Made by a program: the position numbers and the translations under genes | Part shown: in pieces, positions 18,969-28,035 of the stretch | Layout of the letters: the number at the start of each line of letters is the position of its first letter | Numbering within the stretch: position 1 is the first letter of the stretch | NCBI GenBank assembly: GCA_965208835.1 | Contig: OZ242358.1 | Coordinates: 1,504,001 to 1,568,000 of the forward strand | Source: Candidatus Latescibacterota bacterium | GTDB lineage: Bacteria; Latescibacterota; UBA2968; GCA-2709665 | Direction of reading: 5' to 3' | DNA: 64,000 nt | The notes under the pieces: generated by a model | What the model was told of the DNA's origin: nothing | Seen by the model: only the letters and a program-made list of their open reading frames with translations | The model's database searches: none

Positions 18969-19415
18969 ATGCCGTGTGAATTCAATACCACGCGACGAGT
19001 GGAATTTTCGGATACGGATATGGCCGGGATCGTGCACTTTTCCCGGTTTTTCGTTTTCATGGAAGCGGCGGAGCACGCGTTCCTGCGTTCGCTCGGCACC
19101 AGCGTGGCTGGCACATTGGAAGGACGAAGGGTCGGGTGGCCCCGGGTGGGCGCGTCGTGCGACTATCTCCATCCCGCCCGGTTCGAAGACATGCTGGACG
19201 TGCATTTGAAGGTGATACGAAAAGGGACCAGTTCGATGACATACGGGATTGAATTCCGGCGCGGCGACGTCCTTATTGCCCGGGGCCGGTTGAGTACGGT
19301 GTTCTGTGAGTGCGTCCCGGGGCGTCCGTTCCGCTCCACACCCATCCCGGATTCTGTCGCGGATCAGATTGAGGAATCCCCTGAACAGGAGGGGGAGGAT
19401 GACGCTGAGGGCTGA
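18969..19415 (+). CDS. Hotdog-fold acyl-CoA thioesterase (4HBT/YbgC family)
   Basis: VEFSDTDMAGIVHFSRFFVFME and PARFED motifs. Confidence 0.9.
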   Translation: MPCEFNTTRRVEFSDTDMAGIVHFSRFFVFMEAAEHAFLRSLGTSVAGTLEGRRVGWPRVGASCDYLHPARFEDMLDVHLKVIRKGTSSMTYGIEFRRGDVLIARGRLSTVFCECVPGRPFRSTPIPDSVADQIEESPEQEGEDDAEG

Positions 19416-20058
19416 GCGTGTCTCGAAGCGATACGGGGATGTGACGGTTCTCAGGGACGTCTCGATTGAAGTTTCGCGAGGCCAGTCCCTTGCGGTCGTC
19501 GGGCCCTCAGGATCGGGAAAGAGTACGCTGCTGCACGTATTCGGTACCCTGGACAGACCGACCTCCGGCCGTGTGACCGTCGACGGCCGGGACCCCTACG
19601 TCCTTCCTGAGAAGGACCTGGCGCGCTTCCGAAACCGCGTGATCGGATTCGTCTTCCAGGACCACCATCTGCTGCCCCAGTATTCGGTGCTCGAAAACGT
19701 GATGATGCCGACGCTGGCGTTCCGAGATGGAGGGGCGGACGCCGCTGAACGGGCGCGGGACCTGATCGAACGTGTCGGGCTCGGGCATCGAACCAACCAC
19801 CGCCCTTCCGCCCTTTCGGGCGGTGAACGCCAGCGCGTCGCGGTGGCTCGGGCGCTGGTCAACCGGCCGGCGCTGCTGCTTTGCGACGAGCCGACGGGCA
19901 GCCTGGACCGGGCCCGGGCCGATGAAGTCGGCGATCTGCTTTTTGAGCTGCACGCGGAACAGGAGACCATCCTCATCGGCGTCACGCACAGCCTGGAGCT
20001 GGCCGCGAGATTTGAGCGCCGGATGGCCTTGCAGGAGGGAACGTGCGTCGAAGCCTGA
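19399..20058 (+). CDS. ABC transporter ATP-binding protein (LolD/MacB-like)
   Basis: [28 protein letters not shown]. Overlaps both neighbouring genes. Confidence 0.92.
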   Translation: MTLRAERVSKRYGDVTVLRDVSIEVSRGQSLAVVGPSGSGKSTLLHVFGTLDRPTSGRVTVDGRDPYVLPEKDLARFRNRVIGFVFQDHHLLPQYSVLENVMMPTLAFRDGGADAAERARDLIERVGLGHRTNHRPSALSGGERQRVAVARALVNRPALLLCDEPTGSLDRARADEVGDLLFELHAEQETILIGVTHSLELAARFERRMALQEGTCVEA

Positions 20059-23000
20059 CGTTTTACTGGCGCATCCACCTGCTGGTGATGCTCGCGGTTG
20101 CCGCGGCGGCCGCCGTCCTCACCGGCGCCCTGCTGGTGGGCGATTCGGTGCGGGAAAGCCTGCGTGACCTGACCGTCGACCGGCTTGGCGACATTGACCA
20201 TGCGCTTGTTGCGGACCGCTTCTTCCGTGCGGGTCTGGCCCGGGATATCGAGGCGGCGGGGGAGGATGTGACGGTTGTTCCGGCGGTGACGCTCAGGGGC
20301 ACGGCAGTGCATGGTAGTGCAGGTACGCGGGCGACCCGCGTACGGATTCTGGGCGTCGATTCGCGATTCGGTGATCTCTTCCAGGCGTCGTTTCCCGACC
20401 TCGACCGCCGCGGGGTGTACACGCCGCTTGTCGTAAACGAGTCCCTTGGACGGGAACTGGATGCCAGGGTTGGCGACGCGATTCTGCTGTCCTTTGAGCT
20501 TCCCGACAATATTCATCGGGAGTCGCTCTTCGGCCGTGACGAGGTCTCGGAGTCGATATTGACCGTGCGTGTGCGGATTGCGGCCATGCTGCCCGACCGC
20601 GGGGTGGGTCGCTTCGGTTTGCGCTCGAGCCAGGATGTGCCGCTTAATGCGTTTGTTTCCCTGATCGAATTGCAGAACGCGATGGGACTTCCGGATCGGG
20701 TCAACACGCTTCTGGCGACGGTTCGGCCCGGCGCCGCGGCCGGATTGAGGTCCGCGCTTTCCCGCGCGGTCGTGCTGGACGACCTGGGACTGTCGATACG
20801 CGAAGGAAGGGGCTTTTTTTTTGTCGAGAGCACACAGTTCGTCCTCAAACCCCACCTGTCCCGGACGATTGTGGGCCTGGCGGAAGAAATGGGGATGCCG
20901 CGGCTTCCGATCCTGACCTACCTGGCGAACGCCATCGAAGCGGGGGACCGGACGTTGCCGTATTCAACGGTCGCGGCAATTGACCTCGGGAACTTTGGAC
21001 CCGCGCAGCTCCTGAACGGAAATCCGGCGCCGGCGCCCGGCGACGGGGAAATTCTGCTGAACGCCTGGGCGGCCGCGGACCTGAACGCCAGGACCGGCGA
21101 TCCGGTCACCATCGAATATCTCGAAGTCGGGCCTGGAGACGCGCTGATTCCAAGGCGCGAGACATTCAAACTTGCAGGCGTGGTCGCGATGACGGGATTG
21201 GGCGCCGATTCGCTGCTGGCGCCCAGGTTTCCGGGATTGCAGGATGCAGACGATATGCACGCGTGGGACCCTCCGTTTCCCATCGATCTCCAGCGCATCA
21301 GGCCCAAAGACGAAGCCTACTGGGACGCCCACCGGGCGGCGCCCAAAGCCCTGGTATCCGCCTCCACCGGCCAACGACTGTGGCGAAACCGGTTCGGCAA
21401 TCTGACGTCCGTCAGGATCGGGCCCGCGCACGGCATGGACGTCACGAGTTCGGCCCGGCGATTTCGCTCCGGAATGCGGGGCGCGCTTTCGCCCGAGTCC
21501 ACCGGCCTGGTATTCCGGCCGGTAAGGGAAGAGGGGATGGCCGCTTCGTCAGGCTCGACCGATTTCCGATGGCTCTTCGGCGGGTTCAGTCTGTTTCTGA
21601 TCGTCTCCGCCGCGTTGCTTGTGGGCCTTCTCTTCCTGCTCGGGGTGGATCAGCGCGCCGGAGAGGTGGGCGTGCTGACGGCGTCGGGATTCACCGCCAG
21701 GGCCATCCGCGGCCGGTTTATGGGCGAGGCGATCTGGCTGGCGGGTCTTGGCGGCCTGGTCGGGATTGCAGGAGGACTGGCGTACGGTTGGGTCATGCTG
21801 GCCGGTCTGCGTACGTGGTGGGTCCCGGCGGTTGGAACCACGGAACTCTATCTGCACGTGAACGGATCCAGCCTGGTGGCGGCATTCGCGGTCTCACAGG
21901 TTGTGGCACTGCTCGCAATCTGGATGACGGTCCGGCGATTGTCCCGCATGCCCGCGCGTGCCCTGCTGTCCGGCAGCGTTTGTGCGGCAACAGGCGATCA
22001 TGGAGGGCGGGTCCGGGTCTATGTCCTCGGAAGCCTGGCATTGGCCACGGCCTGTCTCGCGGCGGCCGCACAGGCGGACCGGCAAGCGGCGGCCGCGCTG
22101 TTTTTCGGGTGCGGGGCATTCCTTCTCACATCGGGTCTGGGCCTGCTTTCGATGTGGCTTCGCGGCCGGGGAAATGCGGCGGCGAGGGGCATCTCGAGCA
22201 TGGGCGTGCGGAACAGCGCGCGAAATCCCGGCCGGAGCATGCTGTGTGCGGGGTTGATCGCGAGCGCCTGTTTCGTGGTTGTGGCGGTTGGCGCCCATCG
22301 CCGCGCAGACGTCAACGGGGATGCGCTGAACAGCCGGACGTCGGGCGGCGGCGGGTTCCAGCTCGTTGTCGAAACGGATGCGCCGCTATATCACGATCTC
22401 AATTCGGAGGACGGCCGGTTCGAGCTGGGGTTTAACCCGGAGGATGCGCCAATTCTGGACAGGGCGAGGTTCATGCCGTTCCGTGTCCTGCCGGGCGAGG
22501 ACGTGAGTTGTCTGAATCTGTACAAGCCCAGCCATCCCCGGGTCCTGGGCGTGCCTGAAGCCCTGATGAGACGGGGCGGTTTCTCGTTTGACCGGCTGTT
22601 GGAGGAAGCGGATGAGCCATGGACTCTATTGGCGGGGGGCGCGGAACAGGACGTGATTCCCGCGTTCGGAGATGTAAACTCGGTGACCTGGATCCTGCAC
22701 AGGAAGCTGGGCGACGAAATCCCGATGCGATCCCATACAGGCGAGGTCGTCCGGCTGAGGCTTGTGGGTCTGCTGAAGAACAGTATCTTCCAGAGTGAAT
22801 TGCTGGTGTCCGAGGCGAATTTCACCGCCCATTTCCCCGATCGGAGCGGCTATGGCTATTTTCTGGTCGAGACCGACCGACCCCGCGAATTGGGTGCGCT
22901 CCTGGAGCGGAGGTTGCAGGACGCCGGTCCGGATGCGACGACGACGGCGGCCAGGCTGGCTGGCTTCCGAGCGGTGGAGAACACGTATCTGTCCACGTTT

Positions 23001-23363
23001 CAGACACTCGGCGGGTTGGGGGTGCTTCTGGGTACGTTCGGTCTTGGGATCGTGATGGTACGCAACGTCGTCGAACGCCGGGGCGAACTCGCGGCGCTTC
23101 GGGCGCTCGGGTTTCGCAGGTCGTCTCTATCGGGACTCCTGTTCATGGAAAACGGGTTCCTGATGGCAACGGGCATGGCCATCGGGGCAGCGGCCGCGAT
23201 CGTGACGACAGTGCCCCTCGCTTCGGGCGGCGAATTGCCCTGGCTTTCTCTTCTGGCAACGCTGGGTCTTATACTCATTACGGGCATGGCCGCGGGCGCC
23301 GCGGGGATTTTTGCCGCGCTGAGGACCCCGCTGTTGCCGGCATTGAAGCGGGACGGCGCGTAG
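20043..23363 (+). CDS. Large ABC permease, duplicated FtsX/MacB type (1106 aa)
   Basis: Two FtsX-like TM clusters (QRAGEVGVLTASGF and ERRGELAALRALGF) with large periplasmic domains. Confidence 0.88.
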   Translation: MRRSLTFYWRIHLLVMLAVAAAAAVLTGALLVGDSVRESLRDLTVDRLGDIDHALVADRFFRAGLARDIEAAGEDVTVVPAVTLRGTAVHGSAGTRATRVRILGVDSRFGDLFQASFPDLDRRGVYTPLVVNESLGRELDARVGDAILLSFELPDNIHRESLFGRDEVSESILTVRVRIAAMLPDRGVGRFGLRSSQDVPLNAFVSLIELQNAMGLPDRVNTLLATVRPGAAAGLRSALSRAVVLDDLGLSIREGRGFFFVESTQFVLKPHLSRTIVGLAEEMGMPRLPILTYLANAIEAGDRTLPYSTVAAIDLGNFGPAQLLNGNPAPAPGDGEILLNAWAAADLNARTGDPVTIEYLEVGPGDALIPRRETFKLAGVVAMTGLGADSLLAPRFPGLQDADDMHAWDPPFPIDLQRIRPKDEAYWDAHRAAPKALVSASTGQRLWRNRFGNLTSVRIGPAHGMDVTSSARRFRSGMRGALSPESTGLVFRPVREEGMAASSGSTDFRWLFGGFSLFLIVSAALLVGLLFLLGVDQRAGEVGVLTASGFTARAIRGRFMGEAIWLAGLGGLVGIAGGLAYGWVMLAGLRTWWVPAVGTTELYLHVNGSSLVAAFAVSQVVALLAIWMTVRRLSRMPARALLSGSVCAATGDHGGRVRVYVLGSLALATACLAAAAQADRQAAAALFFGCGAFLLTSGLGLLSMWLRGRGNAAARGISSMGVRNSARNPGRSMLCAGLIASACFVVVAVGAHRRADVNGDALNSRTSGGGGFQLVVETDAPLYHDLNSEDGRFELGFNPEDAPILDRARFMPFRVLPGEDVSCLNLYKPSHPRVLGVPEALMRRGGFSFDRLLEEADEPWTLLAGGAEQDVIPAFGDVNSVTWILHRKLGDEIPMRSHTGEVVRLRLVGLLKNSIFQSELLVSEANFTAHFPDRSGYGYFLVETDRPRELGALLERRLQDAGPDATTTAARLAGFRAVENTYLSTFQTLGGLGVLLGTFGLGIVMVRNVVERRGELAALRALGFRRSSLSGLLFMENGFLMATGMAIGAAAAIVTTVPLASGGELPWLSLLATLGLILITGMAAGAAGIFAALRTPLLPALKRDGA

Positions 23364-23482
23364 CGGCCGATTCGAGAGTGCGGCGACAATAGGTTTTCAG
23401 ATTTGGAATCGCGCGTCGTATATTCAATTGAGGATACGCAGATCCGGCGTTCTCCGTCTTTCCAAGGCGAAAGGAGCCTGGA

Positions 23483-24781
23483 ATGAATCGAATGATTTTA
23501 TCCCTGACCGCATTCTGTCTGGTTGTCGCATCCGGACCGGCTGCGTCGAACTGGCCTCACTGGCGTGGACCGAACCGGAACGGGCTCGTCGACGGGAGTC
23601 CACCCGTACAGTGGAGCGAACAGAAGAATATCCGATGGAAGGCGCCCATTCCCGGCCTGGGTCACGCAACGCCGATTGTCTGGGGCGATCGTATCTTCGT
23701 GCAGACCGCGGTGAGGACTGACAAAGTCGTGGCGGATAACGGCAGGGGAAGGCGCCGTCCCCCGCCCAATCTGCTTCAGTACAAGGTCCTGGCGCTGGAC
23801 CGGCGGACCGGGGAAACCGTCTGGGAAAAGACGGTTCGGGAGGCCCGGCCTCACGAGGGGATGCACCGGACGGCGTCGTTTGCGTCCCCATCGGGCATTA
23901 CGGACGGAGAAAATCTCTTTGCGTATTTTGGATCACAAGGGCTCTATTGCCTCGATATGGACGGCAATCTGAAGTGGGAGAAAGACCTGGGCAAATACTG
24001 GAGCAGAGCCGCGTTCGGCGAGGGGGCTTCGCCAACGGTCCACGGCAACACCCTGGTGATCAACTGGGACCACGAAGGGGATTCGTTCATAGTCGCGCTG
24101 GACAAGAAAACGGGAAGGGAACTCTGGCGGAACGGCCGGGACGAGGTCACGTCGTGGTCCTCACCCGTCACGGTGGAATACGGCGGCCGGACCCAGGTGA
24201 TCGTCAGCGCTTCGCGCCGCACACGGAGCTACGACCTGGAGACCGGCGCGCTGATCTGGGAATGCGGCGGGCTGGGGACGAACGTGATCCCCACGCCGCT
24301 ACATGCGGACGGGGTGGTGTACGTGGCCAGCGGTCACAGGAGTCCCGCCATGCAGGCCATCTCGCTGGACCGCGCAAAGGGGGACATTTCGGGTTCGGAC
24401 TCGGTGTTGTGGTCCATCACCCGGGATACGCCCTATGTGTCTTCACCCCTGCTACACGCCGGCCGGTTGTTCATGCTGAAAGGCAGGGGCGCGTTCCTGT
24501 CCTGCTATAACGCGGGTACCGGCAAGCCGGTTTTCGGACCCAAACGCCTGGACGGGACGGGCTTCATCTACGCGTCGCTGGTCGGCGCGGACGACCGCGT
24601 GTATATTACCGATCTCGAAGGCAGGACGCTCGTCGTCAGGAACAGCCCTGAGTTCGAAATCCTTGCGACGAATACCCTGGATGAAGGGAGCGGGGCGTCT
24701 CCGGTGGTTGTCGGAGACGCGCTCTATCTGAGGGGACGCAGCCACCTCTACTGTATCGCTGAAGACCTGACGAACCGTTAG
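23483..24781 (+). CDS. Secreted PQQ-like beta-propeller protein
   Basis: Signal peptide, NWPHWRGPNRNG, ALDKKTGRELW, WSSP, terminal HLYCI. Confidence 0.88.
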   Translation: MNRMILSLTAFCLVVASGPAASNWPHWRGPNRNGLVDGSPPVQWSEQKNIRWKAPIPGLGHATPIVWGDRIFVQTAVRTDKVVADNGRGRRRPPPNLLQYKVLALDRRTGETVWEKTVREARPHEGMHRTASFASPSGITDGENLFAYFGSQGLYCLDMDGNLKWEKDLGKYWSRAAFGEGASPTVHGNTLVINWDHEGDSFIVALDKKTGRELWRNGRDEVTSWSSPVTVEYGGRTQVIVSASRRTRSYDLETGALIWECGGLGTNVIPTPLHADGVVYVASGHRSPAMQAISLDRAKGDISGSDSVLWSITRDTPYVSSPLLHAGRLFMLKGRGAFLSCYNAGTGKPVFGPKRLDGTGFIYASLVGADDRVYITDLEGRTLVVRNSPEFEILATNTLDEGSGASPVVVGDALYLRGRSHLYCIAEDLTNR

Positions 24782-24875
24782 CCTCGATTCGAACAAAGAC
24801 GACAGTCGAATTGGCCACAAAAAGCACAAAAGGCACAGAAGGTACCGGTGCAAAACGGTGTGTTGAAGTCGACCG

Positions 24876-24995
24876 GAAGGACGTTCGTTCCGTTCACGTC
24901 CAGTGACCTGGTTTATCCTGGTAATCCGCCTTCTAATCGCCTTATTAACTAGCACTTATTCGAATTAACGTCCACGAAAACTTACGAATCAAGGT
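24876..24995 (-). repeat. ~120-bp dispersed repeat, copy 2 (inverted)
   Basis: Reverse complement aligns with 16664-16785. Preceded by a 9-bp array (GCACAAAAG-like) at 24815-24841. Confidence 0.85.
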
Positions 24996-25028
24996 TAGAC
25001 CTGGAACCGAATGGAGAGAGGAGTTTCG

Positions 25029-26027
25029 ATGAACCGATTTGCGGTCCTGAAACGGGCTTTCGTTGCGGTAATTGTTATCGTGCTGGGCGCGTTTGCGTGT
25101 GAGTCTCCGGAGAGTGAGCGTGAAACATCCGCTCCGGAACGGCGGTTTCTGAGCGTGGGCACGGCACCGCCCGGCGGGGCGTTTTTCGTGGTCGGCGGGG
25201 CGATCGCCCAGGTTGTGGACGACCATGGGGGAGACCTGTCGTGGGACGTGACCGCGGAGGCGACCAAGGGGACGCAGGAGAATATCCGCCGGCTCGTGCG
25301 CGGGGAACTGGATTTCGCCCTGGCCAATGCCGCGATTTCCTATTTCGCGGTGCGCGGCGAGGGCGCCTGGGGTGAAAGGCAGGAGATCAACGCCGTCATG
25401 ACGCTGGCGCCTAATATCGCCCTGTTCGTAACGCCGGAGGGAACAGGCATCCGCGCCATGGGCGATCTCAAGGGCAAACGGGTGGTCGTTGGCCCGGCGG
25501 GCGCCGGGTTCGAGTACTTTCTTGCGCCGATCCTGGAGGCGCACGGCGTCACCTATGACGACTTCAGCCCGCTGCACAATACGCAGGCGGGGGCCGTGGA
25601 TATGCTTGCTGACGGTTCCGCCGCTGCGGCGTTTCTGGGCGGCGCCGTGCCGACCGCGTCCATTACCCAGGCGAGCGCTTCACAGGACATCTATTTCATT
25701 CCGTTCGGCGAAACCGCAAGAGAGCGCCTCTTTAGGGACTATCCGTTCTTCAACGCGGCGAGTATTCCCCCGGAAACCTATCGCGGTCAGACCGAGACAT
25801 TCGAAGGCATGAACGTGGGTTCGATGCACCTGGTGACGCCGGCGGCCCTGGACGAGGAGACTGTCTACCGGTTCACGAGGATCCTTTACGAGAACCGCGC
25901 GGACGTGGTCAGCAAGCACCCCGCGGGCAAGGCCATCAACCCGGCGAACGTGATCAGGGATACGGGCACGCCCTTCCATCCCGGGGCGGTCAGATATTAC
26001 CGCGAAATCGGGATCTGGCCCAACTGA
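25029..26027 (+). CDS. TAXI family TRAP transporter substrate-binding protein (likely lipoprotein)
   Basis: GTAPPGGAF, ATKGTQENI, PFHPGAVRYYREIG, and an AFAC lipobox-like motif. Confidence 0.92.
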   Translation: MNRFAVLKRAFVAVIVIVLGAFACESPESERETSAPERRFLSVGTAPPGGAFFVVGGAIAQVVDDHGGDLSWDVTAEATKGTQENIRRLVRGELDFALANAAISYFAVRGEGAWGERQEINAVMTLAPNIALFVTPEGTGIRAMGDLKGKRVVVGPAGAGFEYFLAPILEAHGVTYDDFSPLHNTQAGAVDMLADGSAAAAFLGGAVPTASITQASASQDIYFIPFGETARERLFRDYPFFNAASIPPETYRGQTETFEGMNVGSMHLVTPAALDEETVYRFTRILYENRADVVSKHPAGKAINPANVIRDTGTPFHPGAVRYYREIGIWPN

Positions 26028-26028
26028 A

Positions 26029-27939
26029 ATGCTCGAATCGTGGCACTTTCGCGTCCTGGCGACCCTGCTGAGTGTTTTCGTCCTGGCGGAGGTCAACTAT
26101 CCGGAACTGACGCCTCAAGCCCAACTGGCGGTTTTTGCCATGTTGGGCTTGAGTCTTGTTTTTTTGAAACACCCGATCCGCGCCGGCGCGGCCGGGGTCA
26201 TGTCAGTACGGGTGTTTGACTATTTCCTCGTCGCGGCTGTCTTCCTCTGTTTCGGATACGTGCTTGTCCAGACCGAGCCCGTCTTCAGGAACTGGTGGCT
26301 GGATGGCCGCAGCCTCGGCAACCGCGCGGGCTTGGAGCGTCCTCCGGACTGGACGGTCGGCCTGGTTGGCCTGGTTCTCGTTCTCGAGGCGACCCGCCGG
26401 GCGATCGGCCCCACCCTTCCGCTGCTTGCCCTCGCCTTCCTGGCATACGCCGCCTTCGGTCACGTCATGCCGGACTGGTTCTTCCCTCACCGGGGCTACG
26501 GCTGGGAGCGTATCGTCTCCCAGGCTTTTCTGCATTCGCAGGGTGTCTTCGGCATCGCGCTGAAAGTAATGTTCACCTATGTGTTTCTCTTCGTTCTGTT
26601 CGGCACGACGCTGGAAGGCACCGGTGCGACGGGCTACGTGCTGGATGCCGCGCGCCGGTTTTTCGGGAAGCGCACGGGCGGACCCGCGAAGGTCGCCGTT
26701 GTCGCTTCAGGCGTAATGGGTTCGCTTTCCGGCAGTGCGGTCGCCAACACGGCCACAACGGGTACGTTCACGATCCCGATGATGCGTTCGGCCGGATTCC
26801 GGCCCGTGGCGGCGGGGGGGATCGAGTCGGCGGCCAGCTCGGGCGGGGCGCTGGTGCCGCCGATCATGGGCGCGGGCGCCTATATGATGCTGGAAATGGT
26901 GGAACCGGCGGTTACCTATCTTGAGATCGTGAAAGCGGCGCTCATCCCGGCGGCATTCTACTATACGGCGCTTCTGCTGATCGTCCACTTCTACGCGCGG
27001 CGCATCCGGGTTGTCGCGGGCGATGAAGTGCCAAGGAGTCGTCCACCGGGCGCCCGGGGCCTCGTCTTTCTGGTGGCTCTCGTGAGCCTCGTCGCGCTGA
27101 TCATACTGGGGTATACGCCGTTCCGGGCGGTCAGCATCGCGCTGGCGTGCATGCTCCTGACCGCCGCATTGATGCCGTCGACGCGAATGGGGCCGCGCGC
27201 GCTGCTGCGCGCGGTGGAAAGCGCGGCTCACGGCGGGGTGTCTCTCATTGCGGCGGCCGCCTGCGTGGGAATTATCATCGGGGTCGTCACGCTAACGGGT
27301 ATCGGCGCCAAACTGCCCGGCGCCATTCTGCTGCTGGCGCAGAACAACCTGGTCCTGGCCCTCATTCTGCTGATGGTATCCACCATTATTCTGGGAATGG
27401 GCCTGCCTTCGGCCGTATGCTACCTCCTCATGGCCACGCTTGTCGGCCCCGTCCTGGGCGGGCTGGGCGTCGTTCCGTTGGCGGCGCATATGTTCATCTT
27501 CTATTTCGGGATGATGTCGATGGTGACGCCACCCGTTGCGCTCGCGGCCTATACCGCCGCGGCGATCGCCAGGGCGGACATCATGCGGACCGGGGTCGCC
27601 GCGTTTCGCTTCGCCCTGGTCGGCTTCGCCCTTCCCTACGCGTTCGTACTGCATCCCGAACTGCTTCTCGTCTCGCCCGACCTCGCGTCGACCCTCGTCA
27701 ACGTCCTCGTCGTCTTCGCCGGGATTCTTCCGCTGGCTGTCGCCATTTCGGGATACGGCTTCGGGCCCCTCAAAGCGTGGCAGCGCGCCATTCTCCTGAT
27801 TGCGGCGCTCGTCCTGTTTCTGACGCCCACCGGCGCATACCGGGTCTGGCTGCAGGGCTCCGCCATTCTGGTTTCCGGGATCATCGCCATTGCGAACCGG
27901 CGGTCTGCTCGTCGCGATTCCCCGTCATCGGCTTCCTGA
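26029..27939 (+). CDS. TRAP transporter fused 4TM/12TM permease
   Basis: GGPAKVAVV, SGSAVANTATTGTFTIPMM, PPIMGAGAY, TPPVALAAY. Confidence 0.93.
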   Translation: MLESWHFRVLATLLSVFVLAEVNYPELTPQAQLAVFAMLGLSLVFLKHPIRAGAAGVMSVRVFDYFLVAAVFLCFGYVLVQTEPVFRNWWLDGRSLGNRAGLERPPDWTVGLVGLVLVLEATRRAIGPTLPLLALAFLAYAAFGHVMPDWFFPHRGYGWERIVSQAFLHSQGVFGIALKVMFTYVFLFVLFGTTLEGTGATGYVLDAARRFFGKRTGGPAKVAVVASGVMGSLSGSAVANTATTGTFTIPMMRSAGFRPVAAGGIESAASSGGALVPPIMGAGAYMMLEMVEPAVTYLEIVKAALIPAAFYYTALLLIVHFYARRIRVVAGDEVPRSRPPGARGLVFLVALVSLVALIILGYTPFRAVSIALACMLLTAALMPSTRMGPRALLRAVESAAHGGVSLIAAAACVGIIIGVVTLTGIGAKLPGAILLLAQNNLVLALILLMVSTIILGMGLPSAVCYLLMATLVGPVLGGLGVVPLAAHMFIFYFGMMSMVTPPVALAAYTAAAIARADIMRTGVAAFRFALVGFALPYAFVLHPELLLVSPDLASTLVNVLVVFAGILPLAVAISGYGFGPLKAWQRAILLIAALVLFLTPTGAYRVWLQGSAILVSGIIAIANRRSARRDSPSSAS

Positions 27940-28035
27940 GCGCTGACGTGGACTGATTCGGTTTTTTGGTTTTAGCTGACCGCTGATGGCTGATCGCCAG
28001 GTCGGGGGCGGCGCCTGGGCTGTTGTGCGAACCCG

